NCBI GenBank assembly: GCA_030141605.1
Contig: JAQGDQ010000098.1
Location: 310,001-374,000 of the forward strand
DNA length: 64,000 nt
Direction: 5' to 3'
Origin: Tubiluchus corallicola
Taxonomy: Eukaryota > Animalia > Priapulida
Numbering within the stretch: the stretch's first letter is position 1; every line of letters begins with the position of its first letter. Below are positions 63,168-64,000 of the stretch, piece after piece. The notes below the pieces were generated by a model. It had not been told where the DNA came from. It saw only the letters and a program-made list of their open reading frames with translations, and searched no databases. A program made the position numbers and the translations under genes.

Positions 63168-63719
63168 CTGCAGCATTTGCTGGATTGCAAAAACGAGAAA
63201 CTCACATTAAAATCAAGACGAAAATATGGATATGCATTAGTTTCTATACTGTTCTAGTTTCGTCATGAAGGTTTTTAACTGTAAAGCAACGGCGGCCAAA
63301 TAAGACAGATAGTTACAGCTGACAACAACAACAGCAATAGAAAATATATTTTAGGAATGATAACTTTATGTTGGAAATGTTGTTCCATTTGTTCCATTTA
63401 AGAACTAATTAAAGACCAATTTTATCATACTTGGCAAGCACACTTAAAGCTAGTGAAACTTGTGGGGAAACCTTGTTCTAATCACAAAAATTAAGAATGA
63501 GAACGCGTGATCCACACCGTGATTTTAATATCAATAAAATCAGTTAAAGTCAAATCTAAAAAAGCTGTTATACTGCAAATTTGATTCAAGTATGCCATAT
63601 TTTTTATTTTTGTGAAGCTAGTATATTTTTATGATGGTATATATATATATATATATATTATATACATAATACAATGGATATATATATATAATACAAAACG
63701 TAAAAGGAGACTTTCTTAC

Positions 63720-63839
63720 CGACAGAACTATGAGATCCCTCTATAAGGTGAGGAGCATATTTTGGATACATATTCCGAGCAGGAACAGTGTGGGTGTTGC
63801 CCTCATGCAGATGACCATTAGGAATGGCTGTGGCAACAG
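63720..63839 (-). CDS. fra: DCC/neogenin/frazzled cytoplasmic exon (gene continues beyond window)
   Basis: gtttcag acceptor, g|gtaaga donor, phase 1/1. Encodes VATAIPNGHLHEG...RNMYPKY. Confidence 0.75.
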
Positions 63840-64000
63840 CTGAAACAAATCTTAATTAGTTAGCAATCTACCAGAAAAAATTCCAATTTCTAGAAACTGT
63901 GGAAATCTCATCACACCTTCAAGGGAGAACTAAAACTGGTACGATATGTAATACTTTTGAGTCATAATAACAATAAAACCATTAGTAATTTACTGCGCAC

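Overview
AT-rich, intron-containing animal DNA, probably from a protostome invertebrate (the DCC/frazzled homolog ends ...DLNAITASEFEC, as protostome Frazzled does). Six protein-coding genes can be built by hand with GT-AG introns and consistent phases: (1) the 3' end of a Dscam-family receptor (+, 37-5693); (2) junctophilin (+, 8236-42770, about 1034 aa) with a 27.3 kb first coding intron; nested in that intron, (3) an antisense DCDC2-like doublecortin gene that appears to splice into a giant hierarchical Cys-repeat exon (about 1731 aa), and (4) a same-strand, intronless, C-terminally short TBC1D31/WDR67; (5) METTL9 (-, 48109-54452); (6) the 3' end of a DCC/neogenin/frazzled gene (-, 61351-63839). 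Introns hold decayed LINEs, SINE-like and hAT/Helentron-like elements, and a Penelope-type palindrome with a hammerhead core. The best leads are the nested pair of ciliary genes with RFX/CRE/forkhead-like promoter motifs, the DCX-repeat fusion protein, a tandem duplicate of the Dscam transmembrane exon, and a candidate alternative junctophilin first exon. All family assignments come from recalled motifs, not database searches.
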